This document shows positions 26,401 to 39,794 of a DNA stretch of 64,000 nt, in pieces (positions within the stretch are counted from its first letter, which is position 1; every line of letters starts with the position of its first letter). The DNA comes from Ancylonema sp. (lineage: Eukaryota), in contig JBFLGF010000121.1 of NCBI GenBank assembly GCA_050230475.1, forward strand, positions 1 to 64,000, written 5' to 3'. The notes under the pieces were generated by a model that was not told the DNA's origin, searched no databases, and worked only from the letters and a program-made list of their open reading frames with translations. The translations under genes and the position numbers were made by a program.

Positions 26401-29400
26401 TCAACGACTTGCACACAACCTTCATCTCTAAATCCTCCCTTCTCACCAGAAGGTGGTCGAAATTCCGTTCCATGATCGGCCCCAGGTGCGTGAACAGGTG
26501 CATGAGGGGCGGCACCATCGCGGGCGCGTTGCGCAGGGCAGCACTCCACAACTGCAACACCAACACACCCCACCCCCTGCCTCAATGACCCTCCGCCCCA
26601 CCCCCCCCTCCCTTCGCAGCCGGCAGTGGTGTTGGGGGGCAGGGGCGTACCGGGAGTCCATCCTCCAGCATGTTGAGCTCGTCGGGTTGGTTGATGTCTG
26701 TGCTGTAGTGGAGGATGGGGAAGAGGAGGGGGTAGCAGACGGGGGAGTGGGAGCCCAGGGCGATGAGGAGGCGCTGCAGGGCCAGCATGACCTGGATCTT
26801 CAGGAGACTCTGGCCATCCGAGTTGGCCCACACCTGGAAGGGGGAAGGAGGCACTGGCGTCAGTGCCGGGATGGGAAGGGCATTCTCTTGTTGGGTGGGA
26901 GGAAGAGTGAAGTGGAGTTACTCCTGGCAAGAAGGTCATCAGCTTGTCCACGCACGGGACGACCTTGTCCCCCAACCGGTCGATGATGAGAGTGACCAAA
27001 CCAATGAGTTGAAGCTGCAGGCAACACGAGAGAGAGAGAGAGGGGGGGGGAGAGAGAGAGGGTGAGAGAGGGAGAGAGGGAGAGGGAGAGAGAGAGTGAG
27101 AGCGAGCGAGACGAAGAATTAGCCCGCCTGTAACAATCTCGCACACTAGGTATGCAATGGCGAGCAGTTCCATAGATTCAAATTCGAAAAGAGACAATAC
27201 TCGGTGTGTTTGTGAACTTTCGACGATGCGATGCAGTCTTTTACCTGCACCTCGAGTCCAAATATTTACTTGAATTGCAGAAGTGAGTGGGAAGTGAGTG
27301 CGAAGTGAGTGGGACATGAGTAGGAGGTGCTGAGCCCCCCTCACCTGCGAGTCCAGCTCTGTGACCGACTGCATTGTGTGCAGCAGCAGACGGAGGCAAG
27401 GATCCACAAACGGAACAAACTCCTCCTCGAAGAAATTCACGTCGTCAATCAGCGTCCGCAACGCCTGACAGGCTGCCAGCTGGACACAGACACAAACACG
27501 CACGGAAACTCTCCTCTCACCTTCAGTCCGTCGCAACAAACAACAAATTTACGGCACGGGTTGCATCACTCTTTCCTTATACACACTCCTTCTGAATGAG
27601 GACACACAGTGGCGGATCAGAGAAGTTGACCCGATGGTGACAGGACAGGACAATGGAGAGTGTGAGTGATACCTGAACAGCCAAATCCCCGTCCCCTAGC
27701 AGTGCAACGAGAGAGGAATAAATGGGTTGCCGCAAATCGCCCTTGATCTGCAAGCGGGAAGCCAAACGGGAATCCACCACTGAGACTACAGTCCTTCAAG
27801 GGAAGCAAGCGGGGATTCTGAGGGCAAGAAGGGAGCCCTTCACCTTGCTGACCCAGTGCCCTGCCAGCCAAGCGGTTCTTCTCCGCAGAATTCTGCCATT
27901 GGGATGACGGTTGGACATCTCCAGAGCCAGCACCCCTTGGTACCTGTGCCACGTGGACGGGGAGAACCGCTGGAAAGGCATTCATACCAATATTAAAATA
28001 AAGTGGACAGTGGTGGAAAATAGCCTGGGAAAATAGGATACAGCCCAAAGTCAGAGTCAAAGGGTGCCTGGTGCACAGGGAAGAAAATGTGGACCATGAT
28101 TTGAAGTCCACGTAGTCATATAGGTCGTAGTTAGCCACTCCAATCGCGTTGTAGCACGCGTCCTTGAGCAGGAGCGCAGGGGAGATGGCCACGGGAGCGT
28201 CTGGGGACGAGGGAGGAGGGCATGCGCTCGAGGCTTGCTTCAGCATATCGATGACAACGGGACTCAGGATCTGCAGAAGAAACAGAGCACTGGAGTGAAA
28301 GGCTGCATTACCACTACCACGACGGCTATGAGGATACAGCAGCAACAGTAGTCAGGTGACTTTCAGTATGTTAGATATCATGTTGGTCACAAGGGGATCA
28401 GGGATTCCGAGAACCAAGTATCCACGCATGAACTGCTGTGACGGTTGCGTGACGTGCGAGCATACAAGGAGCAAAACATTCTGTAGTTCTGTTGCGTGTC
28501 AGTCAAACAGATAGGGGAAGGAAGAACTAGTCGCAGTGCAAAAAAACGCCTCTTTGACTGTGTACCTCTTTGCAGTGTTCAAACAGGATCATGAAGAAGG
28601 CTTCCGCACAAGGCCTCAACTTGTCCTGCCACTGGGCCTGGTCCTGCTCATGATGGAATTCTTCCGGACTCGAGTCCCACTCCGCCAAGTCGTGCTGCGT
28701 CAGCATGAAATACCTGACAGGCATCCCGGACAAGAAAACGAGTTCTAGACCTGTATCACAACTCTTGATTCCGACGCCCATCTGATTTTGGAATGCAGTG
28801 CCCAGAGATTTCGTAAACAGAACCTCGGTACTTTTACCTACTGGAAGGCAGGTGGAGGTAGAAGATGATGCAACGGGGATTGAAGAATGACCCTCAGTTA
28901 ATCCTTGGATCTAGGGTAAGGGTTGAGAGTTGAGAAGCAAAATATACGTACCTTTCTACAAGAATGCCTGTCAGTAACACAACTTTCTTCTGGTCGTAGA
29001 AGCTTTCCAATATTGACTGGCCCTGCGCCGACAGCCTCGCTTTTGTTTGTTGCAAGGTCGGGGTTTCTCCCACCACCCCCCCCGTCTTCAGCTGCTTATA
29101 AGCTACACTCTTCAGCACGTTCTGGAGCAGAATGAGACACTGTATTAGAAAGGGCTCAAACGCTGTTTCCACTCCCGCCTGCCCCTCCATGACGTGGCTA
29201 TAGCAGAAGTCTAGAGCCGGCAGCATGACGGATTCGCTGCTGAAGGAATATGGGTGCGTCAACTGTACGTCGTTCATGGTTTTCATGAGCTTCAAGCACG
29301 CTTTCTCAAGGAAGGGAAGCGAGGATGCTTGCTGCTGTTTGGCGGCGGCTCCTGCATGGGGCCAGAAAAATGACAGGATTCATCTCAAGAGCATTCAGCA

Positions 29401-31114
29401 TTTAGTGCTACTTCCAAAGTCACACAGATAGCAGCTTTTAATTTTGAGGCAAAACAAGGACTGGGAGAAGCCAGGCCAAAAGTTGTCACAAAAATGCATA
29501 CTTTGCCAGTTCATATCATTCTGGCTTTTCATATTCAAAGGGATATGAAGTGATTTGATGGCTTACGGAAATGGAGGAGCGACTGCACAGCTTGCAGAAA
29601 TGAAGGGATGACTTGTTGCACAGCAGGCACTTCCTGCAGTCCCAAAAGACACACAAGGCAGCTTCTGAGCTTCTGCATTGGTGGCACGTCAAATCTCCCA
29701 AATATGAGATCCGACATCCGCATTCAAAAAACTAATTTCTGAGATCATAGCTGCAATGCCCGGCTTGTATGTACCTGCACTGACTTGAAGTCACTCGCAT
29801 ATCCAAAGATGAGCATACGCCTTAGCGTACGGGTGCACAGCAACCACCTATCACATGTTAGACCAAAAGCTTGCTGGCTCTCTGCAGACAGAGGAGCTGC
29901 ATTGTCTGCCCCTGTCTGGAGAATTGTTGTGAAAGCGGGACTGATTTTCTCTGTGTCGCTGTACCAGTGCCTCCACGTGAATTCAAACAGTTGAGAGGTG
30001 ATCTGCAAATCCACATGCCACACACCCCGCAAGTGTCGTCTTAAACGATTGTTTCAGACAATCGTGGAAGTGCGATCCTGAGCCCAAGAATGATATATTG
30101 GTTGATTATTTGGCTGAGAGCGACCAACCTGGGCGAAACTTTTCTGGTCTGCGCCCAGCCGCTTGGTTGATAATTCCTTCAGCACTTGATTCAAGGTCAA
30201 GTAGACGCGCTGCGTCTGCAGCTCGTCTGATGACTGCAACTTTTGCAGAAGGGTGGGGAATAAGTCTGGCCTGTGACCCAAGCCAATACAAACGAAAGGT
30301 GCGTATCAGAAAAAGGAGTGCTGGCCGATTCAGACACCATGCGCTCCACGATCGTCAGCTTCTCGGAACAATTTACCAGTCCTTGGGATAATCCAGCCGA
30401 GCAATCTTTGAGATGCTGACTGCTAGTTGAGTTGCTACCTGCGTCATTAACACCAAACACGGCCACTATGTGTCAGAGCTTCGTTGCCAGTAAGCAGGCA
30501 GGTGGAGTGTCTTCAGGCTCGTACTTGGCTGTTTTCATCCCGAATGAGCTCCAGCACTTTGCTACGGAGGTGGGGCTTTTCTTCATTGGAAATGCCACTG
30601 CCAATAAAAAAGAAAGAACTATCAAACCCTGACTTTTGCGTCGCACCACCTCGCCTCAGTCCTGACAGCCTTCAAGAAGCAGATTCGACTTTCCAGCTGT
30701 AGCGTTGTGTGGAGAAGTTGCTTCCCCACAGTGATCTATTTCGTAACTTACTGAGATGCATCCCTCTTCGCTCTCCAGTACCGGTTGATGCTATTCTTGA
30801 AGTACACAGCAGCTAGCCAGCGCACTGACGCCTGCTCGTGCAGGCTGCTAGCTCCAATTATCTCCTGCAGAAGAAAGTACCACTGTTCGAGTTACTTCAC
30901 TGACAAAGTCACAAAGTATGGGAAGGTGAGAGGATTCTGGATGGTGACTCTCGCATGGCACTTCCGGACTTACCACGAGACACGATGAGAATCCCGGCCT
31001 GTTTTCGCAAGCTGCTAACGACGCCTCTGCAGGCTTTCTGATAGCATCTTCCTGCTGTAATGCATCTTTCAAAAGTAAAAAGACCCTCTGAATGTCCTCT
31101 GACGTTAAAGACAT
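23454..31114 (-). CDS. IPO11: Importin-11 / KA120-type importin-beta family karyopherin, 23 exons
   Basis: The IBN_N-like start MSLTSEDIQRVF...RKPAEASLAACENRPGFSSCL is followed by VRWLAAVYFKNSINRYWR, ISKIARLDYPKDWPDLF, LKELSTKRL, WDSSPEEFHHEQ, LLKDACYNAIG, ILRRRTAWLAGHWV, ELNMLEDGL and KRKLSALAL. It ends LRLAVQ* (TGA). All exons join in frame through GT-AG introns with no internal stops. Confidence 0.9.
24272..25206. repeat. Degenerate (CATACAT)n heptamer satellite inside importin-11 intron 24259-25261
   Basis: About 930 bp of CATACAT/CACACAT variants. The 7-bp period produces the HHTSYII pseudo-ORF. Confidence 0.95.
27028..27105. repeat. (GA)n microsatellite forming a long CT polypyrimidine tract at an importin-11 acceptor
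   Basis: A GAGAGAGA run lies just upstream, on the sense strand, of the exon beginning LQLIGLV. Confidence 0.85.
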
Positions 31115-31890
31115 TCTACGATGAGATCACATAGGTGAACTGAAGAAGGCCAGATGCAGAAACTCGGCGAATAGATTTTCTACCAATCAAACTTCCCGAA
31201 GAACAAATTCCCGATGACCTGATTCTCAAGTCTCTCTCAAAGTCATTTGGTACCAGGGTTGCACCGAATTCATCGTCAACTACACGATACACGGACCAGG
31301 CAAAGTACGCTGGTGGCATACGGAGCCCACACCATCCTGCAAGACCCTGATTACGAGGGACAGTTTTATTGTAACACGGTCATATGTAACATGCAACATC
31401 AGGCATAACTTTTGACATGTTGCATGCCTATGTTAGATTTCAAGGTGATCAGCCTTCGGGTTCAGGTCACTTGTGAAGTGCCCCCCGTCCAATCGCGAGC
31501 TGGATGAGCTGGATCGCGGGGGGCGACATTCACAAATCCAACGTGATGTACCGCACATCACAAATGCGAAATATGTAATTTGTGCAGGACCTCCGAAACC
31601 TTAGGCCAAGTCCGGGTTCAGGGTCAAATTCAGAGCGGCATCTGGTTTTCCCGCAAACGCCTTCACCACTCAATTTTTCTAAGCTTCACACGTGGGTGTT
31701 CATTCACGTTTAGCCGGTATTAGCTGCATTCCCTGTCGTTGGAGCTGCCAAGTCAATCGACTATTCATCGAGTATCGATCCATTCTGCATTTTTCCAGCA
31801 GCATCCACAGGCTCGGTTTTCATTGGGCAAACTCTCAGTCGATCTTAATTCCTGCTTGCACATCCTACTGCGTTCTGCCTGTCCTTCATC
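31115..31890. promoter_or_regulatory. Putative bidirectional promoter and 5' UTRs between importin-11 and eIF3i
   Basis: The divergent ATGs are only 776 bp apart and there is no recognisable transposon in the interval. Confidence 0.6.
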
Positions 31891-34800
31891 ATGAGACCAC
31901 TCCTTCTGAAGGGCCACGAGAGACCTCTGACGTGTTTAAAGTACAATAGAGATGGTGACTTGCTGTTCACGTGTGCAAAGGATCACCATCCAACTTTGTG
32001 GTACGGCGAGAGTGGCGAACGTGTGGGCACGTATATAGGACATAATGGCGCTGTTTGGTCTTGCGACGTTTCGAGTAAGCAAGCCCTCTCTGTTCCGCTC
32101 AAGCCCGCATTTCATGAACCAAATACTGATTTTTCCAAGACATGCCGGCGTCATGGAAAAACTCGGTCTTAATGTGTGTGAAACTATGTCCCAGAAGAAC
32201 GGGCTGATCCCTATCTGTTTCTTGATTCTCTCGATATGTAAGCAGGCACGAGCACATTTTCTCATACAACCTTTGTATTAACTTAATAAATGTATTTAAA
32301 CAGATCACAATAATATATGTAGTAAAACAGAATGGATCGTTGCTTCGAGGTTTCAGAGCGCGTTATCCGAATGGCCAACTGGGATCACGCCTTTATTGAT
32401 TCCTTCCTCTGTCCTTTCTTTTCTATCCACACCAGGAGATTCAAAGAAACTATTGACAGCCTCAGCTGATACTACAGTCATGTTCTGGGAAGTAGAGACT
32501 GGCCAAAAGCTTCATACTTTCCCATTTTATGGTCCTTGCCGCTCGGTCTCCTTTGCTGACGGCGAGAAGATGGCCCTCGTTTCTATTGATCCGTTTATGG
32601 GACGCCCCTCGGCCATCCACGTCTTGGATATCGATATGGGTTCAGCCAAACGTGAGTTTAAGCTACCCTCGGACCGACACCCGCTCTTTTTTTTTTTTTG
32701 AGGGGTAGAGGAGCGAGGGATTGGCAGTAAATGACGCCTTACTGAGGCGCCTCTCCAGTCAAAATCCCAAAATTTGGCGAACAGATTTGGGCAAAGGTTC
32801 ACTTATGCGGGATATCAAAGTGTAGATGGTCACTGATGTCATTTATGCCAGTATGGGCAGAGGCGATAGAATAATGATGCGTTATTGGGCACTTAATGGA
32901 AACTATACTAGTGGGGACAATAATTTTGAGTAGGACCTGAATACACGACAAAGACTTTCTTTGGTTGTTGTATTTCAGAGTCGGGAGAAGTGAAGTTGAA
33001 GCTGGAAGGACCTTCAGGTCGAATCAACAGAGCGGTCTGGGGCCCGTTAAACGAAACCATCATTGCTGCAGGGGAGGAGTGTGTCATCCGTCAATGGGAT
33101 GCCGAGGTGAGATGATGGGTGGGCCGAGTGAGAACACACTTCTGGTCTTTCTCTGAGTGGTGCATCAGATGGGGCAAATCCGAACCCCCTGGAATCTTGG
33201 GTATGGTAGAGCCGTAATTTGACCTTCTCCGAGTGGCCACCCTGGATCAGGCAATCAAACGCTGTAGTAGGGTCTTGTGGCCTTAGGATATGAGTACCGG
33301 GTACAGATATTGAGTAGAGTACTGAATGTAGAAGAATCTGTTCGTACAGGAGTCCGGGGTCTTAAGGTATCTGTGGACAGGGTAATGGAGAGACACGGTT
33401 TTATATAGACAGATCACTTCACTCACTTACCTGTGGCTGATATTGCGACTGTGGCAGACGGGCAAGCTCCTGAAGGAAACGGGTGCAGATGTGAGCCACG
33501 AGAAGTCAGTAACGGATCTTGCCAAGTCAGCAGACGGGTCGCACTTCATCACGGGCTCCACAGATAAAACTGCCAAGGTAGGGTGGAAGTGGGTGAGGAA
33601 GGGTGGGGGTGGGGATGAAAGAATAGGCAGATGGGGGACGGGCTATGCTTCTGCATATGCACATCCCTCAATATATATTGAAAAAGTGGTCAAGGACCAT
33701 ATGTGACAGTGTGTCGTCCCTTACCTCGTTCATACAAGCACGCACCCGCTTTGGCGTGCTGGGCGCCTGGCTTCAGTTTTCTGTTTTGAAGTTGGGGGAG
33801 GCAGATAAGTGGAGTGTGAGTGCCATGCTGACGGCACGCCACCAATTTTTGTTTGTCAGTTGTGGGATACGCGGACGTTAGAGCTGTTGAAAACGTATCG
33901 GACGGAGAGACCAATCAATGCAGCAGCAATCTCGCCGCTGCTGGACCATGTAGGGCACCCCAGGGGCAAAGGGGGGCGGGGGGGGGGGGGGGGGGGGGCA
34001 GATACCTTGCATCCGTCAGGAAGTCTCTGACCGTCCTGTTTGGTTCCAAGTACAGTGGGGAAGTGGTTTTGGATGTATAATGCTGGCCGTTGTTTTGTAC
34101 AGGTGGTAATTGGGGGAGGGCAAGATGCAGCGGCGGTGACCACTACAGCTGGGAGGGCAGGGATGTTTGAAGCAGTGTTTTATCATAAAGTCAGGGACTA
34201 CCTCTACCTTCTGTCTACTTGCTTGGCCGCTGAGTGTCTGGTTGAAGAAGGAGGAGGGAATGGGTGCCCCCTGGGAAGCACCCTGGCGTAGGTTTGTAGA
34301 TCAACAAGTCAGTGTAGGCGAATGAAATACTGAGGGGGGGGTGCCGCTCTTTAGGTGACAAGGTCACCTTAAGAGCAGTTCTTGTTCACCGTCCTCGAGT
34401 GCAGACGTGAGGGAGTCTACATACTTTTTTCTTCTGGTCCATTCATCTCGATAGGGGCAGGGTCGTGGATGATGGAAGGACGCACTGCAGGACATTATGG
34501 CATGATGGCGGGACAGCAGGCAGGGTTCCTCTTCTGAATTATGATGCACAGGAATCATGGCAGCAGTGCTGGCCTCGTCCAGCGTGCTTCAGCGTGCTTG
34601 AGGCCCGAGGAGGAGCGACTCTGGGTGCTGATTTTTCGCGTACGTGCTTGTGGTGTGTGCAGATTTATGAGGAGGTGATTGGAACGGTGAAGGGCCATTT
34701 CGGGCCACTCAATGCCCTCGTCTTTAGTCCAGATGGCAGGAGGTGAGGATTCTATCGCGGTGCAGCTGACATATGTGGAAAGAGGAGTGCTGCGTGGGTC

Positions 34801-35138
34801 CATCAGAGGTAGCAAGTGTTCGTTGCTATGCGCTGCGCTGATTTTCTGGGCTGGGCGGGTATGCCAAATGTGTCGTTGGGATGCTCGAAGGAAGAAAGGT
34901 TACGTATGTTACCGTTTTTTCTCTTTCTATTTGACTTGGTCACCCTCTTACAGTATTCTGGAGGGTTGAGGGGGTGGATGTTGTACACAAGATGTTTGCG
35001 TTGTCTATTAGTAGCCTCTTAATTTACTGGACGGCTTTTTTTGGGGGGGGTGTTGGGTGCAGTTATGTGAGTGGTGGCGAGGACGGGTATGTGAGGTTGC
35101 ACCATCTAGATGCAGATTACTTTAACTTGAAAGTTTAA
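31891..35138 (+). CDS. EIF3I: Eukaryotic translation initiation factor 3 subunit I (WD40; TRIP-1/TIF34), 8 exons
   Basis: [85 protein letters not shown] and [14 protein letters not shown]. The stop TAA is at 35136-35138. Confidence 0.96.
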
Positions 35139-35609
35139 ATTACACCTACATACTTTTTCGTACTTGGGACCAAATTTCATGTGAAGTACGCAAGATGTGA
35201 GATCATTCATCAATTGTTTGACAAGTCGGACTTACATACGTGTGTTCATATAATGTTGTGGGATTCTCCTCGCGAGGGCGTCAAAGTTGCTGTCAAAGTC
35301 GAACCGTTTTGTCAAAGCGGCACCCACATGTAGTTTGAGAAAGTCGCATTTGCATTTCGAAGTGTGTTTGCCTTTAAGATGCAAGAGTGTCATCAAGTTT
35401 GCGGCCAGCCTCCTGAGTTTGTCATTGTTTTCTTTTTTACAAATCAAGGATACCAAGATCACATGGTTGTTTGCCATCAAATATTTATAAAATTATTGTT
35501 TCCTTGAAGTTGCAAATGCATCTTGCATCTTGCATCTTGCATTTTGCAGTTTGCAATTTCGTGCATCGAAGTGCACATTTTTATGCACTCCTTGGCAATC
35601 TCATGAAAG

Positions 35610-36126
35610 TCAATTTGATAAAACGACCAAAAAAAAAAAAAAAAAAAAAAAGTGTCCTTACATATAGGTTTCGTTATTCACTGTACAACGACATTTACTA
35701 CTAGAATCTGAAGTCTTTGTCCTTGTATCGAGGGAATTTGCGAATGAAGCAAAGGGAATAAGCAAATGTGTTTATTATGTGTTTTTTTAAGTAAGTTGCA
35801 TTGGCCTGATTGTCCAATTTAGCGTGTGTGTTGATATACGAGCTATACAAGTGCGTCATGATACCAATACATGCGGACGAACAAAATATGTTAAATGTTG
35901 TTTTTTGATTTTTCTCGATTTCCATACATCGTTATCTGCGAGCAATAGCGTTCTATACACAATAAAAGGACATTCAGTATCAAATTTCTGAATTAATTTG
36001 TCATAATATAGAGTGTCGTTATGCTTATATCGAGGGCGATTTCACAGAGATTTTAAAAAAGTTGCAAAAAACTGTCGTTATATCGAGGGTGTCTTAAGAA
36101 AGAGGTTCGTTATTGAGGGAGAACTG
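35610..36126. mobile_element. Internally deleted copy of the CAGTGCTCCCTCGATAT pogo-like family
   Basis: The blocks TGTCCTTGTATCGAGGG..GAATGAAGC, TTCTATACACAATA and GAGTGTCGTTATGCTTATATCGAGGGCGATTT match 12127-13120. The central portion is missing. A TCACTATATCG end fragment of the 1477-1983 family follows at ~36138-36172. Confidence 0.75.
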
Positions 36127-36846
36127 GATATCTTGATTGTCACTATATCGAATGTCACTATATCAAGGGTCCCACTAAAACGGGGGTAGGACAAGGGCTG
36201 ACGAGCCGACCAACAGGCGTAACAACAAAAACGTGGGTGAATTACCGTACGTTTTCACTATTCAGTTATTTTCTCCTGCTGGGTCCAGCAAGTACGACTG
36301 CCAAGTGGCCGACCCCTTGCCAACCTCGCTTTGCCGCCTTGCCACAGGAGGATATCCACTGCCCTCGCGAGACGCCGTTCTGCACGCTGTCGCAACCAGG
36401 GCTACCGACGTTCAACCAAAATTTGTCCGGCAACAACCTACCAACGACCTCAATCGCACCGTTACTTTACTGACGTGCGACCGCAGCCCTACGATGGAAA
36501 ACGTACAGCAGAGCGGCATACGGGTCTGCTGATATGATATTCTGCCCGTCGCAATCGTCGCGCAGTTGGTTGCCGGAGCAGTGTACAGGGAAGGAAGATA
36601 ATCGTTGTTTTCATGCGACTAAGCAAGAAAACTGCAGCAGGTTGTAGTGCGAAAGAAAGAAGGAAAATAGGGTACGATACCGTCAGTATGACATACTTGG
36701 AGTGCAGGAGTAGGTGACGGCTCACGGAGCGGGGAAATGGGAGTTGAATAGGTTACAGATCGTCGAATCTGATCAAAATCTAAGACAGTGCTGTCGCCGA
36801 TACTCGCCGAGGGGACGGAAACCTATTTTGAATACATTAGTCAGCG

Positions 36847-39310
36847 ATGCAGGATCTAGGAAACCCCCCACCTTACGAAGACGAAGAGTTTGAAGTGCCA
36901 AAATGGACTGACGACACTTGCGGATGGTGGTCTTTAGTGTTCCTTATCTTTTCCTGCGTGGGACTAGGGTTTGGCTTTGTGTACGTCCCTCCTCTCCAAA
37001 TATCAATGCTTGTGCCTAGGCGAATTCACCACCCGTAGAAAGTTTAGCAGGCTTTGCGTTGACATACTTTCAATCTACCAGGCCAAGCCGCCACGTACCA
37101 TTGAAGGAATTCAGTGATGGAAACCTCGAAGGACAACGCCAACAACAGAAGACAGATGCTCCGCTAAAATTCATTTCTAGGCGATGTATGCATCAATGGT
37201 CCACAGTTTTACAGTTGTAGCCATAAAACACTCAGCAATTCTTGTACTTCAATTCATGTACCTCGCTTAGGCGTGCCCGGCTCACTTTGTTTCTTTCATT
37301 GAGTCCAGGATCCCCGAGTTGGAAGATCCCGTTTTGAAAATTAGTTTCACCATCGGAGTAGGAGTATGCGCAGTCCTGGCCTTGTTTTTCTTAATCGTCG
37401 TGGAGAGAGTGGATCCTGGCATTGTCCCCCCCAGCAACTTAAAAGGTAGCGACCTAATGAGTCCTTCGTTAAGCCTTATTAAGACACAGTCAACTCGATT
37501 GCAAACATGCAGTGCATGTTGTGTTCATGACATCGCATAACACGTCTACAGGGGTAGCACGGAACCATAGCTTCGAGTGGGTAGAACAACTCATCAGCCT
37601 AGGCTTGCACCCATACCACAAGATTTTGGCATGAAGATTTCCAGATTGTGTGCCTGGTATGGCCTCGTGCATTTGTACACGTGAAAGATTATACGTTGTT
37701 CCAACCACGGTGCGTCCTGGAGACCGAGGTGGCCCGAATTTCATGACCTAAAGTTGCGGCTTGGTGTGGAGTTGTGCACTAAGATGTTGGAACGGCGTGA
37801 TTTGTCCAGATCCCCTGATTGCATTGGCCGAGGTTGGAACTGTAGCGTCAGATTTAGTACAAGATGAGAGGGGGCAATGGGTGCGACGAAGACTGACGCC
37901 CTCTGGTCAGAGTGAGGCCATCGAGAGATATTGCAGTACCTGCAACATCTGGAGACAACCGCGAACCAGCCATTGCAGTAAATGCGGCTATTGCATGGAG
38001 GTACGCTTCCCTGACCCCTTCCTCACTTCCGCCAAGAGTCACATTCAGGCAGTTATCACAAAACATGGCGTTTATTGACGTGCATTCATTTTCTCCTGGG
38101 TTTGGCCTCCATGGTCTGATGGTGAACTGTTGCTGAACGTTCTATTTGCACAGAGATTTGATCATCACTGTGGAGCGGTGGGCACATGCGTGGCGAAGAA
38201 GAACCATAGATTCTTTGTGGCTTTCCTCTTCTTCTCATCCACGGTAAGCTGGGCGAGTGGTTGAATTTTGGAAACGTTGGCCACCATGTCTTTGGATGGT
38301 ATTGTGAATGGCTGGGATAGACAAACGGATTCTGTTTTTCAGTGGGCAGTAGCTTCTTTGAGCAGTAGTTTCTTTTCTTACGGTTCTTTTGAGTCTTGTG
38401 ATTGACAGGGAGCTGCACTGCTGCTGGCTGCCACTTTGTTGCGGATACGAGAGGAGGAGTGGGGCAGGTAAGCTACATATGAACTGTCGTCCTGATTAAA
38501 ATCATCGACTACCTCTTTTGTACCTGTTGCTCTGTCATGGTTATTCTCTCCTCTCTTCTCTCTCATGGTCTTCCTTATATTTGCTGCCAGACCCTTAGTT
38601 TAATGTTGTTGACATTGTTGCTGATGCTGCAGGGGTCTCCGTATGCACTGGGGAGACTGGCAAATGATTGTTTACGCTTGTCTAACGTTTCTGTACTTCT
38701 ACGCCACAATGCTATTCTTCTTCGCTGTACTCCACTTCGCAATCCTCGTGTGCGGTAAGTGTTCACCAATGGCAGTCAGACTGGCGGGGGATATTGATGT
38801 ACTCCGTGGAAAGAAAGAGGCATGAAGGCTGGACGCATTTTTCCAGCAGCTGGGAAGTGAAACCATGTACAAGTCTTAGGGCCAGAAAGTGACTGTCTGA
38901 GTAGTGTCAGTCAGGCTGTCAGTGGAAAAATGCTACATCCGTATTTGTCTTTCTCCTGTTGTGTGCCGTAATCCTCATTGTGGCAGAGCTATATTAGCGA
39001 AGTTGAAGCAAAGGGTTTTGGTGCTGAATCAGTTGTTGCAGACGACAGAGGGCACACTTCTAAGCCTCTCTTTGTCTGTCAATGTTTTGCAGATTTCACC
39101 ACCAAGCAATACATCAAGTCGAGGAAAGGGGGGCCAACTGTCCAGGTGCCCCCTTTCAAAGCGTGGCTGGATAACTTGTATGGAGTGTGTTGTTCACAAG
39201 TGGTCTCAAAGTATGCTCCTGAAGTAACCATGCCAAAGGAGTTCAGAACTTTGACGACATCTCTTCCAGAGCCAATGCGAAGTGATAGCAACAGAGCGTT
39301 GCCGGTCTAG
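36847..39310 (+). CDS. DHHC-type protein S-acyltransferase (palmitoyltransferase), 7 exons
   Basis: Two N-terminal TM segments, then DPGIVP, a Cys-rich domain RYCSTCNIWRQPRTSHCSKCGYCME|RFDHHCGAVGTCVAKKNHRFF, two further TM segments and a TTKQ (TTxE-like) motif. Splicing is in frame and GT-AG. Confidence 0.92.
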
Positions 39311-39628
39311 GCAAGGACAACATCGCAGTTCATAGATATAACTTTGATATTTTCTTGTAGGATTTTTTTTAATTTTATTTTCTTGATAGTACGTACCTTA
39401 TTTAATGTGTTTCATCCGCATGGACTAGAGTAATATTGAACCACGAGACTGTGGCAATCGGGATTGATGACGTACCCAATTGAAGGCTGGCACATAGGTT
39501 TAGGAAATCTGGCAACGGGCACATGCAATCAATGTTTTTGTGATTGGTGGTTGACATAGTGCTCAATACTGTTTTTTTATTGTTAAGTAAATAATGAGAC
39601 AAATTGACCTCTTTTCAACAACACGTCC

Positions 39629-39726
39629 ATGGATATCGAGCAACTAATCCAGGTGTGATTATCAACATTGCATCACAATGGATATCGAGCAACTCGTCCA
39701 AGTGTGATTATCAACATTGCATAACA
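39629..39726. repeat. 49-bp tandem duplication
   Basis: ATGGATATCGAGCAACT..TCCA.GTGTGATTATCAACATTGCAT.ACA occurs at 39629 and 39678. Confidence 0.85.
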
Positions 39727-39794
39727 GTGTCACACTCTTTCGTGAACTGGTCGCGACCATCCAGGGTTTTGAGAGAATGATTCAAACCACAATA

